Assembly (NCBI RefSeq): GCF_009834535.1
Contig: NC_045697.1
Coordinates: 76,262,001-76,326,000, forward strand
DNA from: Camelus ferus
Lineage: Eukaryota
Reading direction: 5' to 3'
Length of the DNA: 64,000 bases
A program made the position numbers and the translations under genes. Under the pieces are notes generated by a model. It was given only the letters and a program-made list of their open reading frames with translations, was not told the DNA's origin and did no database searches. Numbering within the stretch: the stretch's first letter is position 1; each line of letters opens with the position of its first letter. This document shows positions 63,181 to 64,000 of this stretch, in pieces.

Positions 63181-63574
63181 TCGATGGGAGGACCAATTAG
63201 CTTCACATAGATATGGTCTTGAGAGGGCTTAGAGCTGCCTGGTGGCTGTGGCCCTTTGCCATTGGAAGACCGAGTGAGAAGATGGATGGCCTAGAACAAA
63301 CTCATCACTGTTTTGAGATGTTCTTGTCTTCCTCGTGGTGAACATTAGGGGACTTGTTTATAAGACTTTACCTTAATTTAAAACCCTGTGCTTCACTTCA
63401 TATTTGTGTAGTGAGTACATGTGATGTGTTTTATTTCTATGGAAATATACAATAATCTTTCAGGAATTGATAGCATCTTCTTCTGTCCATTAACTCTCCA
63501 GGCAATGGTCTATTACCATTGATGGAAAATACAATACTTTACAATTTTCAGATCATTTCTAGAGCTTGCTGATA

Positions 63575-63619
63575 TATACATGTATATTTTTTTAATTGAA
63601 GTATAGTCCTGAGCATGTA
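63575..63619 (-). mobile_element. 45-bp L1 3'-terminal micro-insertion
   Basis: Contains 'tttttttaattgaagtatagt' (antisense L1 extreme 3' end); perfect 17-bp flanking repeat tctagagcttgctgata at 63558-63574 and 63620-63636. Confidence 0.7.
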
Positions 63620-63749
63620 TCTAGAGCTTGCTGATAATAGAAAGTTTAGTAACAGAATGGTAATTAATAATGTTACATTTTTATGTGGACTAAATGATAA
63701 TATATGTAACTGTGCAATCATTCAACAAATATTTATTGAGTGATTCTTT

Positions 63750-64000
63750 GTTAATTTGGAAGCTTTCGATTGCAAATAACTGAAGTTCAAGGTGGCTTAA
63801 GCAATAAACATAATTTGTTGGATTACGTAACTGGAAAAATTCAGGGTTATTTCAAGCTTCAGAATGACAGAATCAGGGCTCTGTTTCTTTAAACTTCTCT
63901 CAGCCCTGTCTCTCCTCTGGGTACTGCCTTTATCCTCAGGCTAGTGTTTCTCCTAGTAGAAAAATGGCTCTTTACTTCAAGGCAGGCTGTGTACATACCT
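63750..64000 (-). mobile_element. MLT1K/L-like LTR (runs off the window)
   Basis: 'ttgcaaataactgaa...ggcttaagcaataa...ttgttggattacgtaactggaaaa...gcttcagaatgacagaatcagggctc'. Confidence 0.6.

Noticed and set aside
1..64000. CRISPR arrays, operons, prokaryotic or viral defence systems, rRNA, snRNA, miRNA, NUMT
   Set aside because: The sequence is clearly mammalian non-coding DNA; I saw no regularly spaced repeat-spacer array, long clean ORF, recognisable structural RNA or mitochondrial similarity.

Overview
Mammalian nuclear DNA, most likely from a camelid: two tRNA-Ala-derived SINEs match the vic-1 type, and the young L1 3' ends look artiodactyl. It reads as an intronic or intergenic region. 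I can support no intact protein-coding gene; the long ORFs are L1/ERV remnants or chance ORFs. Positions 1-32 kb are repeat-dense: MIR, L2, L1ME/MC/MB, young 5'-truncated L1s with clear TSDs, MER5A, MER91, MADE2, a Tigger1 derivative, MLT1, and a ~4.1 kb degraded LTR16A/ERVL provirus with recognisable RT and integrase remnants. Positions 32-63 kb are much poorer in repeats and contain CpG-retaining, motif-rich blocks that look regulatory. They also hold several + strand exon-like units (ends at 33415, 50238, 57427/57765) of a gene I cannot name. I found no convincing novel biological system. The best leads are the candidate alternative 5' exons, a telomere-repeat-ended insertion inside the ERV, a non-tandem templated duplication inside a MIR, and a 45-bp L1 micro-insertion with a perfect 17-bp TSD. 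Repeat family names come from recalled consensus similarity, not a database search, and boundaries of old repeats are approximate.
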